From contig NC_087437.1 of the NCBI RefSeq assembly GCF_036321535.1, positions 41,914,001 through 41,978,000 of the forward strand: a stretch of DNA of 64,000 bases, given 5' to 3'. The stretch is from Camelus dromedarius (lineage: Eukaryota). Below, piece after piece: positions 23,717 through 38,152 of the stretch (positions are counted from its first letter, which is position 1; each line of letters starts with the position of its first letter). The position numbers and the translations under genes are program-made. The notes beneath the pieces were generated by a model. The model searched no databases. It worked only from the letters and a program-made list of their open reading frames with translations, and was not told the DNA's origin.

Positions 23717-26700
23717 AAATAAAGGGTGTTATGCATGGCTGTTAAGTACACAAGTAGTTGCACAAATGTGAATTTAATTCACAGTAGATCTCTTAAGACA
23801 GAGTAATAAAATGCATTTTGGATTTCAGTAGCGGGGAATCTAGCAGTTGGCTTAAAACACCCACATTGCAGATGAAGAAACTGAGACCCAGAGGGCCTGT
23901 TGCAGGCCCATTTTGAGCCATAACCCTGACCAGCAGCAGGACAAAGTGCTGTGGGGCTTCCAGGCAGGTGGCAGTGCCCGAGGGCTGGGTGAGAGGTGAG
24001 CTGCTCTTGCTGGGAAGGTGAACATGTCTTCTGACTCCCCATCTCATCTCTCTGCCTCTGGCCCTAGCTGCTTGGAGGTAAATTGGTTCGGAGGTGGAAA
24101 GGCTTAGAGCTGGAGGGGGCTTTAGGAGTGACTTTTCCCGTTCTTGGACTGCAGTTTTCTAGACTTTCTCTCAACTTCCTATAGAAAAAGATCTAAGGAA
24201 ACAACCACACAATTCGAAATCTCACTGAAAATAAATATTTTCAGGTATTCTCATCTTTGGATAAAGTATGTGACAAAGCTAGCTAGCTTGTGTATGTGTG
24301 AAAATAAGGGCTCACAGCTTTGGAATGTTTCTTTGTAGATGCTAGACTGCCATCCTTGGGACCTGAGAGAGGGGTGTGAGATCTATTGTGCTGTGTGTTC
24401 CCAGAGTCTAGGTGTTCTAATAAAAATGTCTGTGTCTGCTGACTTCTTTACATATTGTTTAAAAACAACGAACAGAGCAAATGGACCTTTGGTTGGTAAA
24501 CTTGTAGTTGGGCCCCCTTTCCTTTTTAGTTAATATTTGCGGAACTGAGCTGTTTACATGTGGATGTGGATCTGAGGTCCAGAGATTGTGTCTGTACAGT
24601 GATGTAATTTTTTTCCTTTAGTTTTTGTTTCCTTAAAAATTTGGGTTACATTAATGGGGCTGCAGAAGCAACCAGTCTCTGTATATTCATGGAAAATTAT
24701 AAAAGCAGCCTCAGATTACATATAATCCTTGGATATATAGTTTTTCTTTTTTTCTTCTTAGAAAATTGTGCCTCCCAGATCTGGTAGTCTGGAATTCAGG
24801 CATGACTATGCTTTGCCAAATTTAAAAAAAAAATCTATTTATTCTTGAAGGCAGGGCCTGTACGTTGGACTACCTGGCATCCTCCTTGGTCTCTGGAGCA
24901 CAGTGGAAGTTCTTTTATTTTGTTACTTGAAACATTTATTGTTATTTGTTTTAATCTGTGGCAGCAGTGGTGGTGGTGTTTTTAGTCTAAACCCCATTTC
25001 ACAGGATTTCTCTGAGGATTTAAACGTTGCCACTTAATTCTCCTGTGTTTATAACTGGATGCAAAAAGCAAGAATGTTTTTAAGCTTAAGAACTTTTTCA
25101 GACAACTGTGATTTAACTTCACTAATGAACCCGTATCAGACAAGAAGACAAATTCCAGACTGTTTGTGCCTCAACCAACCAGCTGGGTGCATACCTCCAG
25201 GTACTGCTCATGTCTCAAGAGGTTTTTCTGCATGAACAGTTATCACCACTCCTTCTTTCATTCAAGTGGCAAGCCGTGGCAAGAGCCTTTCTTCCACAGC
25301 TGTGCAGAGCTCAGCTGTAAAATTAGATTTCATTGGCATAAAAACACAGTGATTACTATCCCTATTTAGTCAATACATTTTTTTTTTTAACATTTTACTT
25401 AGATTCTTCCTTTCATGCAGAAGGCTCAGATTATACTCATGTAAAAGAGAGAAATTAACAGGTTTTTAGAGTTTGAGTAAACCTTTTTAGACTTGCGTAA
25501 ACCTCCTTTTAGATTTCATTTAATCTGTATGAAGTAAACACAGTAGGCAATGTTATTTTGAAACATAGTCGGTTAAGAGCAAAAAGGAACCTTAAAGGTG
25601 AATCTATAATCTTGTCATTTTGTAAAAGAAGAAATTAATTGCCCAAATTCAGAGCTAATTATTGCCAACCCTCAAATTAGAACTCATGTTTTCCAGAACT
25701 CAGTTTGGGGTCTCTCTGGTACTTTCTTACTTTAATATACTGGTCCTTTGAACAGTTTTTAGTGAAGGGGCTGTGAACAGTTCTAATAAAAATCCTTAGT
25801 TTCTCTCCGTATCCTTTTCAGGGCACAATTTCATTTGATTTTCGAAAAAGTAAAGGAGAGTGTTTGCTTGTACAAGTACCTTTCCTCATGGTTGCCCAGA
25901 GTGTGCAGGAGAGAGGGTACAAGGAGAAGCACTAAAACCACCCCAGCCTTCTCCTGTCCAATGGCAGTGCCCCACATCAGGTTCCATGGCCACGTGCTCA
26001 TTCCGCATGGTCAGAGCCAGCGCTGCGGCCACTGGCTTAGTGTTACCAGAAGGGAAAGAAAAGCCCTGCTTTTATAGCAGCAGGGACGTGATAAAAACAA
26101 TCTGATGTGTGTTGATGGATGAGCAGAGTTTTCTCAATTTCAGAGGTAAAGGAGGTTGCACAGTGTTTCTATTTTGTTTTAATCATTTTTTTCTTTCTAT
26201 TGATGCTGTTGGTGTTTCCATAGTAACTATCAGAAAGCTGTTTCTAGTTTTGCCCAGAAGGCTAGAAATGTTTTGAGAGTTTCTAGGTCTTGAAATATCA
26301 GTCGAGGGGTTTACCTTTCAAAACCAGAATGAAGCAGGGAGGTAAGAGGTTTTTCTGATGAGGAAAATAAAATAGCAAATGATACTTTCTTTGATAATCT
26401 CATTAGTTGTAGGAATATGTATAAATAACTTTTTAAAAGCTTGTTTTCTTTTTTCTTCTCTCCTTTCTCAACATTTCTCTCTTTCCCTTCCTCCTCCCTC
26501 CCTCTTTGTCTTTCTAAATCTTGCTGATAAAGTTCAGAATGGTAGACCACACATTTGGAAGTGGTCAGTCCTAGTGACTGAGGGCATACGCACACCTAAC
26601 AGCCACCTGTATGAGAAGGAAGTCCATGAAAGCAGTTTTTCTTTGTTTCTTTTTTCTATGCTATATGATTCTCTGCCAAATTTTGACTTTTTAAGATTTT

Positions 26701-29700
26701 TCTTTTTTACTCTAGTCGTGGCATAAACAAGTGTAAATCAACTGCACAAATGTTTGTCATAATTTAAGTTTTAGTAGGTGTAGGTTTTATATTGGAGGCC
26801 ATTTGAAAACTTGTAACACTCATAAAACATTAGCTAGCTGATAATTGTATTGTATTAAAAGAGACAGCAATTTCTTAGTAACCTCTCAAATCCATCTGGC
26901 CCAAACACATCACAGCAAGACAAAAGCTCCTGGGTTGTTTTGGTTTGTTTTTTTGTGATTCAGTGTTTATCTTTTTTTCATTTTGACTACTGATGAGTTT
27001 TTTCTTGCCTTAGTGAATTAGGAAAATTTTCTTGTCTTTATTACTATTTAAAAAAATGACTGGAACGTTTCTGATATGTTTGGGATAATTTTCTGAAACC
27101 TGGTCCACAATAGATTTTTACTATTAGAAATCATTTAGCCTTTTCAGTAGAGAAGGCACTTTTCTTGCAGTATGAATCAAGCTCTGATTTTACTAATGTG
27201 CCCATGAGAATATTTTTCTCAGACTGCAGAACAATCATGTAGCAAGCAAAATGTTTACATGCTGTTTAGATTACTTGATGGTGATTGGTTAATGTATATT
27301 TTATTGGAAAAGATACAAGCTTTATGGAATCACAACTTTAGTGGTATGAATTCTGAAAATGATTATTATTTGATTATTTACTTACTTAGTTGCTTTATAG
27401 GTCTCTATAATTGATGGGTTTCTATCCATATCCCATTCATCCAAAAACTTATTTTGTTTCTGAAAGTGCATTTGAATTGCAGGATGAAAACAGAAAGTTA
27501 AAACTGATAATGTGCCTTTTCTTTTAATTGAGGTATAACTGACACACATTTATTGGTTCTCATACTGCATTTACTTTTTACATACTTCCATGGGATAGTT
27601 TAGAAGTCAGTCAAAAGCTTCATCAGAGTATAGATGAAGAGAGCCTGGGGGCCTGCCCCAGCGCTGGCCTGAGGTTTAACTGAGGAAGTCCATCTCTTTT
27701 CACCCAGCCGGGCCACCTCATTTGGCTCTGATGGTTATACTTTGTTCCTTTTGGTGCTGTTAGTTTCTTTTTCTCTTGTCATCTGAAACTAATTTGTGTA
27801 CTGTACTGCTAACTCACATCTTGAATTAATGTAAGGAAATTTGGGTCATCGGCCCATGGAGTGAAGACCAGGACATTTTGTTACTAATTTGAAGGCCGGG
27901 TCCACAGACTTAAAACTCTCCCAGCAGTGATTAAGGCTTTGGTTTTTTCAAGTTAGAAATTCTTCCTAGTATATAATTGCTTTCTCTGACCTTTGGAAAT
28001 GGATCTGTGGTTCTCTCCTGAGAAACAGGATATTTATGAAATTGGCCAGTATGTTTCTTAGTATAGGCTGGGCCAAAATACTATGGAAAACCCTTTTAGA
28101 CTTGGAGTAGGGAAGCAAAATAAGAGGAAAAAGTAATAATCTACTTGCCTAGAGTCATGTAAAAACTGAAGACCCTTTGTAATATTCTTTTAAAATAAGA
28201 TGTTCTGTAAAAGCTTTGCGGGCATGTTTGGGTGGAATTAAATGTCTTACTAACAGTGAGGATCTGTTCGTTTTGTTATTCAGAGTGCCTAGCCCCCTCC
28301 CCTGCATTAGTGTAGAAGTTCTTTAGTAATGCTGGGCTTGCTAGCAGGTAATGAAGGTAACAAACGAGTTGCTCTCAGGAGAGAGGGAAGTTAACCACAA
28401 GTGCTCACGTGGCACCCCTTCCCTGTCGATCAGAAGAACAGAGCTGACTGGGCATGAAGCACTTGTGGTTTTAGTGTTAGGATGTGTGGTTAGGGGGAGA
28501 GGTTGTGAGGGCCTGTGGTTGTCACCAAATTCTTTGAAATGGAAGTATGGGTAAGAATAAAAAGAATAGGGGTGAAACCTTGGCGCTCCATGTGAGAAAA
28601 AAGTTTAGAGGATTCGAAAAAAGCATTGTAGTAGAGATCATCTGTTTTCCATTGGTTTATTTGGATTAGTTTTGCAGCATATTTATTCTCTATTTGTAAA
28701 GGGTAGTGGTCTAAAGAATGGATTCATTGCAAGAACTCTGTTGTGTGTGAGAGGGATGGTGTGGATGTAGTACAGCCTTGAATAAAATGCATGAGTTCTG
28801 TGATAGCTTTGGCCCCGTCAGATACACATCTGTCTCGGGGAGAAGGAACCCAGACTGGGATAATGAGGGTTTTGTCAGGGTGATTTCTCATGAGACTTTC
28901 TGACTGAAACGAGAAACAGTTCCAGCCCAGCTATCCAGAGATAACACATCTGGCCTGCTCAGCTTCCCTCCCAGCTGATAATCAGCAAGTGGCCAGGGAA
29001 GATGGTACAGAGGCCCCAGAGGCTGCTCCTCTGTGTGTGTATATAGTAATCTGGCTTCCCAGCCCAAGGAAGATGTAAGACAGCAAATTCAGGATTTGGT
29101 TCTCAGATTTGAGGGGGTGTGGTTTTTGATATGGCCTAATGAGGAGTGGAGAAGAAAACATAGAAATTAAACTCAAAGGAACAGTGAATTTCTCAAATAC
29201 GTAAGGTCAAAATGCTGCAGTAATTCCCTAGTACATCACTTTGTGACTAAACACAGTATTGTTTAGTAGTGACACAGTAATGACCCTACGCCCCTATGAA
29301 AAAATTAAGTTATGGCCTGCCTGCTCTATAATGCAGTGGAAAAATGTGTACTTTCCACCCACAGGCATTGTAAATAAAATCTTTGATCCTTAAAGTTAAC
29401 TGTTTGCATAGTAAGCTTTCCACATTCATTGCTTCATCCTTTTAATTTCATTTTAAAAGTTCCATCGGCTTTCTTAGGCATGTCACATTCTCCAGGTCTC
29501 CCCAGAGCAGTGGGGCTGAGGCGTACCTGTTTAAGTTGAGTACACGTGTAATTTTGTGTGGGTTACCAGCCAAAACAGGAGACTCACTTTTGGGAAGCTG
29601 TCACCATTAAATGATTGATTCATGGCAAGCCTTCCCAAGTCTCTTGGCCCAACTTAACCTTCTTTAACTGTCAGTAGTTAGGGGCTGAGTGGTTTTCCCA

Positions 29701-32355
29701 ATTTACAACCTGATCATTTGACTTCCCATTTGTAGTTGGAAAAGTCATTACTCTCCCTCTCAACCTCCTCCATCACTAGAGATTAACCCAAAATATGGTA
29801 ATAGCCATAGTACATACTTCTTTGTATCCTAAACTATGTTTTGCATCTACGGTTTTCATTCTTTTGTAATACTTCCTGCCTTTTCTCTTGTCCTTTTTGT
29901 AGTCCACGGCACTAAATTCTTCCTGTTCTATGATAATTTAAGGACGGGTTGGCAGACAGTTGCCTTGTTAAATAGCTGTGCGTTATTTTGGCTAGAGATA
30001 ATTGATTGCTCTTTCTGTATGTCCGTTGCATTCCAGGCAAATAGATGTATCCTATGTATGTACATGGAGTGTAGAAAGGGATATTTAAACATTGTTGGCT
30101 GCGTGAATCACCCATCTAGATCAGTCTCTTACCTTGCATTCCAGTCAGGATGAAGTCTAGTTTACCTTTGGTGAAACTCTTAGGGATTAGAAGGTAGGCC
30201 TTGGATTTTAGCAAGATGGTGGCCTACGGAAAGAGGATGAACAACTTCGGTTATGAGAAGTGAGATTCTGTGGCAGGGTTGACTTTGTTCATTCTTCCAT
30301 TTTTCTCCGTGATTAAAAGTGGTTGAGTTGAAACACCAGGAGTGTATGATGTTCATAAATCTCCACTGTACGCTGTCTAAGGAGTGACTGTACATACAGT
30401 TCACTTTTTAATGTGCAGTTCCCCCCATCTTCACTTCCCTTGCTCCCCTCCTGTTAATCTGCAGCAACCACAGCACATCTGTGAGATGGATAATCCATCA
30501 GCTAGTAGTAAAAATACAGGATTCAGGCATCTTTTTCTGTATAGAATAGCTGCATTACTCAAGTTGCCTTTACAGTTTTCAGAAGCAAATGAAATGATCT
30601 CTTTGTGCCAGTGGATTTGGCTTCTTTGGGGTTTTTGCTACTACATACAGGCCCCATGCTATCTCATCCTACACCCGTGAGACGTTTGTGGACCAGGGGT
30701 CTGTCCTTTTATCCCACACTTGGAATTGGGGTTTAACTCTACAATTTGGACTTGACACCTGTGCTTAAGAGTGCTACCTAGCCGGGCTGGATTGCTGTTT
30801 TGTTGATCGCAAGTCCTGTTGTTTACTAGTTGTTTAGTACGCTGCCAACCAGAGGTTTCTTAAATTGGGATTGTCAGTGTTAGACATAATGTTGGTGTTG
30901 AGACATTCTTTGGCATTAGGGACGGGCAACCAGGGGTGCCTGAATTTTATACAAGAATGCAATTATATCCTCCTGCCAGTACCTGTGTGTGTCTCCCCCC
31001 GCTGACCCTGAAACAACAAAAAATAGAAACAAAATAGCACTGTTAACTGGATTTGAGTCTCAGACCCCAATATCGAAAACTTCAGTTAGCTGACTTGGAC
31101 CACATGGGACTTAAATAGCTTCAGTCCAGAGCAGGTCCTAAGGACCTTCATCCTTCTTCCCCCTCAGCCCCTGAGTCCCCTAAACCTGTGTCATTATTTA
31201 CTACTCTGTCCTAATGGAAGGACCTAGAGGCAGGCCCTGGAAAATCAGTTTACTCTTCTGATTTTTTGGGTGAAAAAAGAGAGAGCAGGTTCCATCTTTA
31301 TGCTTGTCTGTGACATCACCAGGACCATTCCATATGGGAGAAGACTTCAGTGCTCACTACTTCGGCAGAGGAGAGGGGGGAGGACAGAGCCATATCTCCA
31401 TAAGCTCACCAACAAGCGTCTTGTAACTCTTTAGGGAAGAGAGAGGACAAGGTGGATGTGAGCACAGGAGTGCTTGTTTCCCACTGGATGCTTTATCCTC
31501 AGACCCCTAATGTAAATTACTGCCCTGTTTATCCAACCTGCAGTGTTGAAGAAATATTAAATAAAGCATTACACTTAGGAAATAGACCTGTGTAATATCA
31601 TGAGTGTGAGGGAAAGTAGCCATTCTTTTCTCATGCACTATAGGATTAAGTATATTAGAAGTAGAGTTGAGATGGACATTAGTACCCATTAGTAGTGCTG
31701 CTCAGAATCAATCAGCGATGTCATGATAGTGTCAGTGGAAGTTATCTTCGTTAATTTTATTGTGGAAGAATCTTTCCTACATTAGGATAAACTATTGGCC
31801 TTGGGTTTTGTACTTTTATTTGTTTAGGAACTGAATAATTGCCTCATAAAACAGCATGATGGTACTGTTAACACTGAATTATAAGACCTGTTATTATAGA
31901 ATGTACTTCCCTCTTAGGGACAAGACTTCATTGTCTCATGCTTAAAATAATTAATTTCTTCAAATGAGGTTATAATGAATAGTGTAAAATTTTACCTATT
32001 TACAATGAAAAAGTTTACAATCTCTTGGGCGGCTTTTGATACTTCCAGGGAAGGAGTTTCTTTTGGATGGGATTGGTGGAAGGGAGATATGTTTAATGTT
32101 TAGAATGGAGGTGTTTGAGAATGAGAAGAAATAATTTATTTCTGTCACACCTGAGACAAATTAGAGATAATTATTGAAGGATTTGCCCCACTGTTTTGCC
32201 TGATTTGGGTACTGAGTATTAAAGGATTCATTTACCAAATACTCTTGAATTTGAAAGTATTCAAATTTTTTTTTGAATGGGGGACTTTTTTATGAATGAG
32301 AAAAAAATTTAAATGACCTGTATGGCAATTTATTTCTGAACTGATTTAAAATAAT

Positions 32356-32373
32356 GTGTGTGTGTGTGTGTGT
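32356..32373. repeat. (TG)n microsatellite
   Basis: Read directly from the sequence. Confidence 0.9.
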
Positions 32374-33378
32374 TTATTCTTTGTCCATGCTGTTAAACTT
32401 TTTGTGGCAAAAATTTTAGGTGTAAGTGAAGGATCCATATATGCTTCTTAAAGAACAGATTATAACTCTAAATAAGAATTTATTGTTATTTTCCTGATGT
32501 TTCATTGAAAAGCTAGATATTCGTGGCAAGTACTGTTAAGGAGTGAAAGTGGTCTTGGTGTTGTTTTAAATACTTAAATGAAAATCATTTGTTATGTGGA
32601 AACAATGGAATCTGCGTTTCAGCCTTGTTCTGTACAAGGTGTCGTGTACTGTCAGATGCAGGAAAGCTCAAGATATACACAAGGGATAAAGATGTAAATG
32701 TGCAACAGGTTAAATTCAATTCAAGGAAATGATGGGAGAGAGATATTTAGAATATGATTAATTACCAAATTAATGGCAAGGTCAGAAATTGCAGCAGTTG
32801 CAGTGTAGGTAGTTAACCTTTGTGTATTTGGTTGGATTAACTGCTTATGAACAGTATTTGGAGCCTAATAAAAAAGATAAACTGTTCTTATAGGTCATTC
32901 TCTTTGGCCTTATTTTCTATGATTACCTTAAAGATAATGATAACAAACACTGGCCGCTGACCAGTATTCGTTTGACACTTTCACCTCCTCAAAATGCCAC
33001 CTCATTTTATTCTCAGAAGGATTCTTGCGGTTAGCGGAGTTACTATTATTCATGCTTTTAAAATTTAACATTTTTAACATAATGAATAATAGTGTAAACA
33101 TATATTCATATGTTTTTAATATTTATAAGTAAATGACAGAGCTGAGGCACTGGACATTGAGTTCAGTTGGCCACTTGGAGACTCAGGTCTGTGGTCTCCT
33201 GGTTCAGGCTATTTCCTTGCCTTCGCTTCACCCCTTTTAGGGGCCTAACACAATAACACAAATGGAAGAATTTGAGTTTCAGCTGACCTCATGACAGTTC
33301 ACTTAAATTGTTGACTTGTTACAGGTGAATTTTGGGGGTTCTGAGTCCTTTTTAAAAAAATGGTGATTTTTCTTTCAG

Positions 33379-33406
33379 GAAGCCAGTTGAGGGAAATTCT
33401 CCATGA
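33379..33406 (+). other. FNDC3B: 5'UTR portion (28 nt) of the FNDC3B start-codon exon; full exon is 33379-33517 (139 nt)
   Basis: Polypyrimidine tract and acceptor gatttttctttcAG| ending at 33378, 28 nt before the ATG. Confidence 0.85.
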
Positions 33407-33517
33407 ATGTACGTCACAATGATGATGACCGACCAGATCCCTCTGGAACTGCCACCGTTGCTGAATGGAGAGGTAGCCATGATGCCTCACTTGGTGAATG
33501 GAGATGCAGCTCAGCAG
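33407..33517 (+). CDS. FNDC3B: FNDC3B first coding segment (codons 1-37), fibronectin type III domain-containing 3B
   Basis: Translation MYVTMMMTDQIPLELPPLLNGEVAMMPHLVNGDAAQQ matches the recalled FNDC3B N-terminus. It is 111 nt and ends at the donor CAG|GTCGGT (phase 0). Confidence 0.96.
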
Positions 33518-36500
33518 GTCGGTGCAGCAGGAGGGGAATTTAAGTCAGATTGTCTAAGGGAGAAACATAAGCCCAGAAGTTGTTTTATTTTGTGATTCAC
33601 AGATCTGTGATTTTGAACCTTTATAGTTTGCTAGATGTAAGGGTTTTCATCGTAGAATAACTGTATAATTTTTAAGACTATCAGAAATTACAGTTTTTGA
33701 GAAAGCAAATCTTATCTAATCCAGTTAGTATTCTTGAAACATCAAAGAAAGAAAAAGTCTGGGTTTTAAAGTGAATCATTTTGAAAATATGTACAAGTCT
33801 TTGGGGAAAAAACCCGCCATTTGCTCATGTTAGACACTGTGCTTAACTGGCTTGCCTGGTTGGCCAGAGCAGGATGCCCAGAGGGTAGGTTGGGTTTTGA
33901 TCTCACACAGTGGGTGACCCCCAACAAGAGATGCACAGGTATGTGTAAACCCCCCCGGCTGCTGGAGCAGTCTTTCCAAGTGTAGGGCCTGCTGCTCAGG
34001 AAATGATGGTACTTACTTTCCATAAACCTCTTTTGTCACTAGTTACTTAACATTACAGAGTAGAAAAGTTATTCCTGAGGTCGTTCCTGTAGCACGTGGG
34101 AAAAAATTTAAGCGGTAAGTAAGACTTTAAAAATTATTAGAGATGGAAGTATTGTCTCTGATAACATTATTTACATATTTTAATTGACTACTGAAACTGG
34201 GTTCCCTCAGTCTTGTACTAAATAAATGTCATTTTTATGAAAAGTAGAATTGGGAACAGTTGCTTGAAAAATATATACCCAAAATATATTAATAATTCAG
34301 ATGAGTTAATTGGCCACTTACTTGAAATTAGTACGTTGCCCCCCTACCCCAGTCATACATTAACATTCTTTGTCCATCACAGTACATTAATACATTGTGT
34401 ATCCCTCTGTTGGATCATACTTTGTGGCTTATATATAATTTATTATTATTTATAATTATATATATATTACTTTCTCCTGCATTTGACTGTAAACTTCTTA
34501 AGAACAAAGAACATCTAATAGGTGCTTAATAAATATTTATCAGTTGAATAAACTTCCCTTTCTGCCACTGGTACGGGTATCTCCCTTCCTGACTCCTGAT
34601 TCTCTCTCTTGGCTCATTTCCACCAACCTATCGTAGTGTCTTTTACCTTAAGCACATAAATAACTACACCTCTCGCCCACCCAACTAAACCAGACCCCCC
34701 TTCCTTGACTCCATGTTTCCCTCCTGTTACCACGTCATACTCTGCTCCCCTTTACAGCAGTAATTCTCTAAACAGAGCCTCTGCTTCCTTACCTCCGTTC
34801 CTCTCCAGCTCCGGAGGCTCCACTTGCTTCTTCTCATTTTTGTGTTCCAGTCTGTCACCAGGTCCGGTCGACCTTCTCTCAGGAACACTGCTGAAACCAC
34901 GCTTTGCCGCGTCCACTGCATTTCCACAACAGCTCTCCCCAGGGTAGGACAGCCCTTCTCCCTGGTCTCACTGCTCTTACTTTCGCCTCACCAGAGAGCA
35001 TTTGCCACACAGCAGTCTGCTCTTCTGGAAACATAAATGCATCATATCGCTGTCCTGTTGCACCTGAGATAAAACCCAAGCGTAGTCCATGCTTTGTCCT
35101 TGCCTCTTGTCGTCCTTCTCCCACTCTGCTCCCGCCACTCATGGGAAGGTCTCAGTAGTGCCGTGGCTGGTTTCAAGAGGCGGTGTTGGATCTCCTTTCT
35201 TTTCACTGATTAAAAGATTAAGAAGCGCAAGATATTTAAATATGACTAAACTCGGAAAGCTGCTAAAGGGCTCTCAAATGTCGTCACCGGATTCCAGTTT
35301 ACACACGTCCCTAGGAGACCTGGGCCACCCGTCCCTGTTGTTGTGCACCATTCCTGTGTGTTGATGGTTTTTCCCTCATTTCTGTAATTCACTTTGCATA
35401 AATTGGCCTTTTGTAGTTTGTAAGCCAACATACAGAGCCCTTGGGATTTTCCAATTTTCTCTTCAGAAGTAAACTGTTTTGTACCCAGAAATGAGCAAAG
35501 ACTGAAAAGTTGGGACCGCCTCAGAAGGCCACGTGGTGTTTTCTACTCTGTGTATCTACCTCAGCTCTTAAGTAGAACCTGTTTAATAATTTTGGTTAAT
35601 AAAACCACATTTTATGTTCATCCAAGAAGCTTTCTGTAAAGCCAAGAAGTGGGAACATTTCTCAATTAGTCTTTTGTAAACAGTCACAAATATCAAGCTC
35701 TCTCAGATGGGGAGGGCACTGACTCTAGAAAAATGCCATCGGGAGGAAGTGTTCCGGTCTTTCTAATGAGTGAGTGTGTTTGACTGTGCTGGGAGCCTGG
35801 ACATCCATAGGCTGTGTGAGCCCAGCTGCTGACTAGCAGGGACCCTGAACTTCCCGGAACGGGGCGCAGTTGTTGAGTGGGCAGAGTGTTTGAAACACCC
35901 CTCTCAGCAGGAGCGGCCCGAGGTTTATCTTGCCTTGGTGCTGCCTCTGTGTCCCTGAGCTCGGTCTACGCAGTGGCCCGTGTGCTGCTGGTTTTCTGTC
36001 TCTCTCTGCCCCCCGAGTCCCCATTCTGTGTCTCCCTCACTCCCTCAAGCCTTCCCTCTTTCCTTTGGGCCCTCACATTTGGCTTTGGCTGAGCTGCGTC
36101 TGGTAGAGTCCTCAGGGCCTGTGTGTGGAGCCTGGGCTAAGGCACAAGGGGAAGGCAGGCCCGAAGAGCAAGCAAATACAGAAATGATGGAGAAATACCA
36201 GGGAGGAAGTAGGGGAAGGGGAGAGCCAGTTGTGGGGGGTGGTCACCGAGAAGAATAGGAAATGAAAGTGAGGATCCAAGACAGGACCCGAGAGGCTGGG
36301 ACGGCATGAGTTCTGAGTGCTTGCCTGGGGCATCTGCCCGTGTTGACTGCTTGCTCCTAAGAGCACACGCAGTGTGGTGCTCAGGTGGGTTTGTGTGAAA
36401 GGATCGGGACACAGGGCACACAACAGAGAAAATTATCTATGCTGATGTTTTCTGAGGTTTTATTGTGCTGTCCCTGTGAGGCAGTACTTTTTCATCTTAA

Positions 36501-37124
36501 CAAGGACCATTCGGAGGCACAGGGCTGACTTCAGTGATGGACATTGCAGGCACCGTCCGACAGACCCCAGGGTGACATTTTAAGGGAGAGGCACCTGCAC
36601 CTCCCAAATTATACCACTGTAAGGAGCCAACCACTGGCCACTGGCCCTGCCTCTCCATTTCTGTTAGGAGTGTATATGGTGAAGCTTACCTTGTAAGTGT
36701 TTACAGTGTTCTGAATACTTTGCAGCTGTGTGGAGGACATTCTAAACATTTCTTTATATGCAAAAGAACCACCACAGTTATGAGAAAGCTCTTCAGTCCC
36801 CACAGCCCTCCTCCTCCTGATTTCTGTCCTGATGGTTTCTGGATTTAATTAAGATGAGTCCTTGGCAAGATTCTCTGCTCTGTGCTGGCTCTCTAAAAAA
36901 GAGATGCTGTTAATTTTCATTATCTGAAGTCATGTTAAGTTGGAAACCATGTTTTGTTATTTTATGTAGGTAGCAGGAAAAGGATGATTCTATTCTTAAA
37001 ATGAAAAGCCATTCTCATTATGAGTGATGATTTCAAAAAGTATTTATCAACTAAGAGATGAGCAAGAACAACAATAATAAATACCCAAGATGGACAGAAG
37101 GAACTTCACGGATTTCCTTATTTA

Positions 37125-38152
37125 AGAGATTTATTGAGATACAATCCACAGCCTATGTAATTTACTTATTTAAAGTGTACAGTTTGACAGAATTGATTAT
37201 ATTCACCGAATTGTGCAACCACAACTACAGTTAGTTTTTGAACATTTTATCACCCTAAAAGGAAGCCCGCTAGCAGTCCCTCTCTGTTCCCTTCTCTCCC
37301 CAGTTTCCAGGCAACCACTAAACCTACTTTCTATCTCTGTAGATAATTTGCCCATTCTGGATATTTTATATAAATGAAATCATACAATTTGTGGTCTTTT
37401 ATGTCTGGCTTCTTTGACTGAGCATAATGCTTTTAAGGCTTATCCATGTTGTCGTGTGTCAGTACAGGCGTAACTGAGATACGGCAGGTTCAGTCCCAGA
37501 CCACCGCAATGAAGTGGGTGTCACCGTAAAGTGAGTCACATGAAGGTTTTGGTTTCTCAGTGCATGTAAAAGTTCTGTTTACACTGTACTGTAGTCTTTT
37601 AAGTGCACAATATCATGTCTAAAAAAACACTGTGCATACCTTAATTTAAAAATACTACATTGTTAAAAAAATACTAACCATCATCTGAGCCTTCAGTGAG
37701 TTGCAATCTTTTTGCAGTAGTAGCATTAAAGCTCACTAATCACAGATCACCATAACAAATATAATACTAATGAAAAAGTTTGCAATATTGCAAGAATTAC
37801 CAAACTGTGACACAGAGACACGAAGTGAGCAAATACTGTTGGAAAAATGGCGCTGATAGACTTGCTTCACATGGGATTGCCGCATTAAACTTCCAGTTTG
37901 TAAAAACCACAGTATCTCTGAAGTGCAACAGAGCAAAAGCTCAATAAAGTGAGGTATACCTGAACTTTTTACCTTTTTTATTGCTAAATAATACTCTGTT
38001 GTATGGCTAATACCACATTTTATTTATCAGTTAGTCAGTTGATGGACATTTGGATTGTTGTTCGCTCTTTTTGGCCTTTATGAATATTTGTGTGCAAATT
38101 TATTTCTGGATGTATGTTTTCATTTCTCTTGGGTATATACCTAGGGGTGAAA
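37125..38152 (-). mobile_element. L1MB-like 3' end, interrupted by a Tigger1 derivative
   Basis: tttattgagatacaat...ccaggcaaccacta...ttatccatgttgt on the left. It resumes with ttattgctaaataatact...gggtatatacctagg on the right. Confidence 0.8.
37465..37962. mobile_element. Internally deleted Tigger1-type (Tc1/mariner) DNA transposon
   Basis: ta|CAGGCGTAACT...GAGGTATACCTG ends, and the internal sequence matches both recalled Tigger1 termini. No transposase ORF. Confidence 0.8.

Larger units (their letters stand above)
1..33378 (+). other. FNDC3B: 3' part of the large FNDC3B 5'UTR intron; promoter and first exon presumably upstream of the window
   Basis: No extended CpG island or obvious first exon is visible. 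The region is repeat-rich, non-coding and ends at a splice acceptor. Confidence 0.7.

Noticed and set aside
25950..26150. CCAAT, E-box and TATA-like motifs suggesting an alternative promoter
   Set aside because: Short motifs alone give no real support.
26311..26726. Overlapping hydrophobic and charged ORFs
   Set aside because: Their composition is an artefact of a CT-rich low-complexity tract.
33518..33595. ORF track extension of the FNDC3B ORF (VGAAGGEFKSD...)
   Set aside because: This is read-through into the intron past the donor. The real protein continues at 55487.
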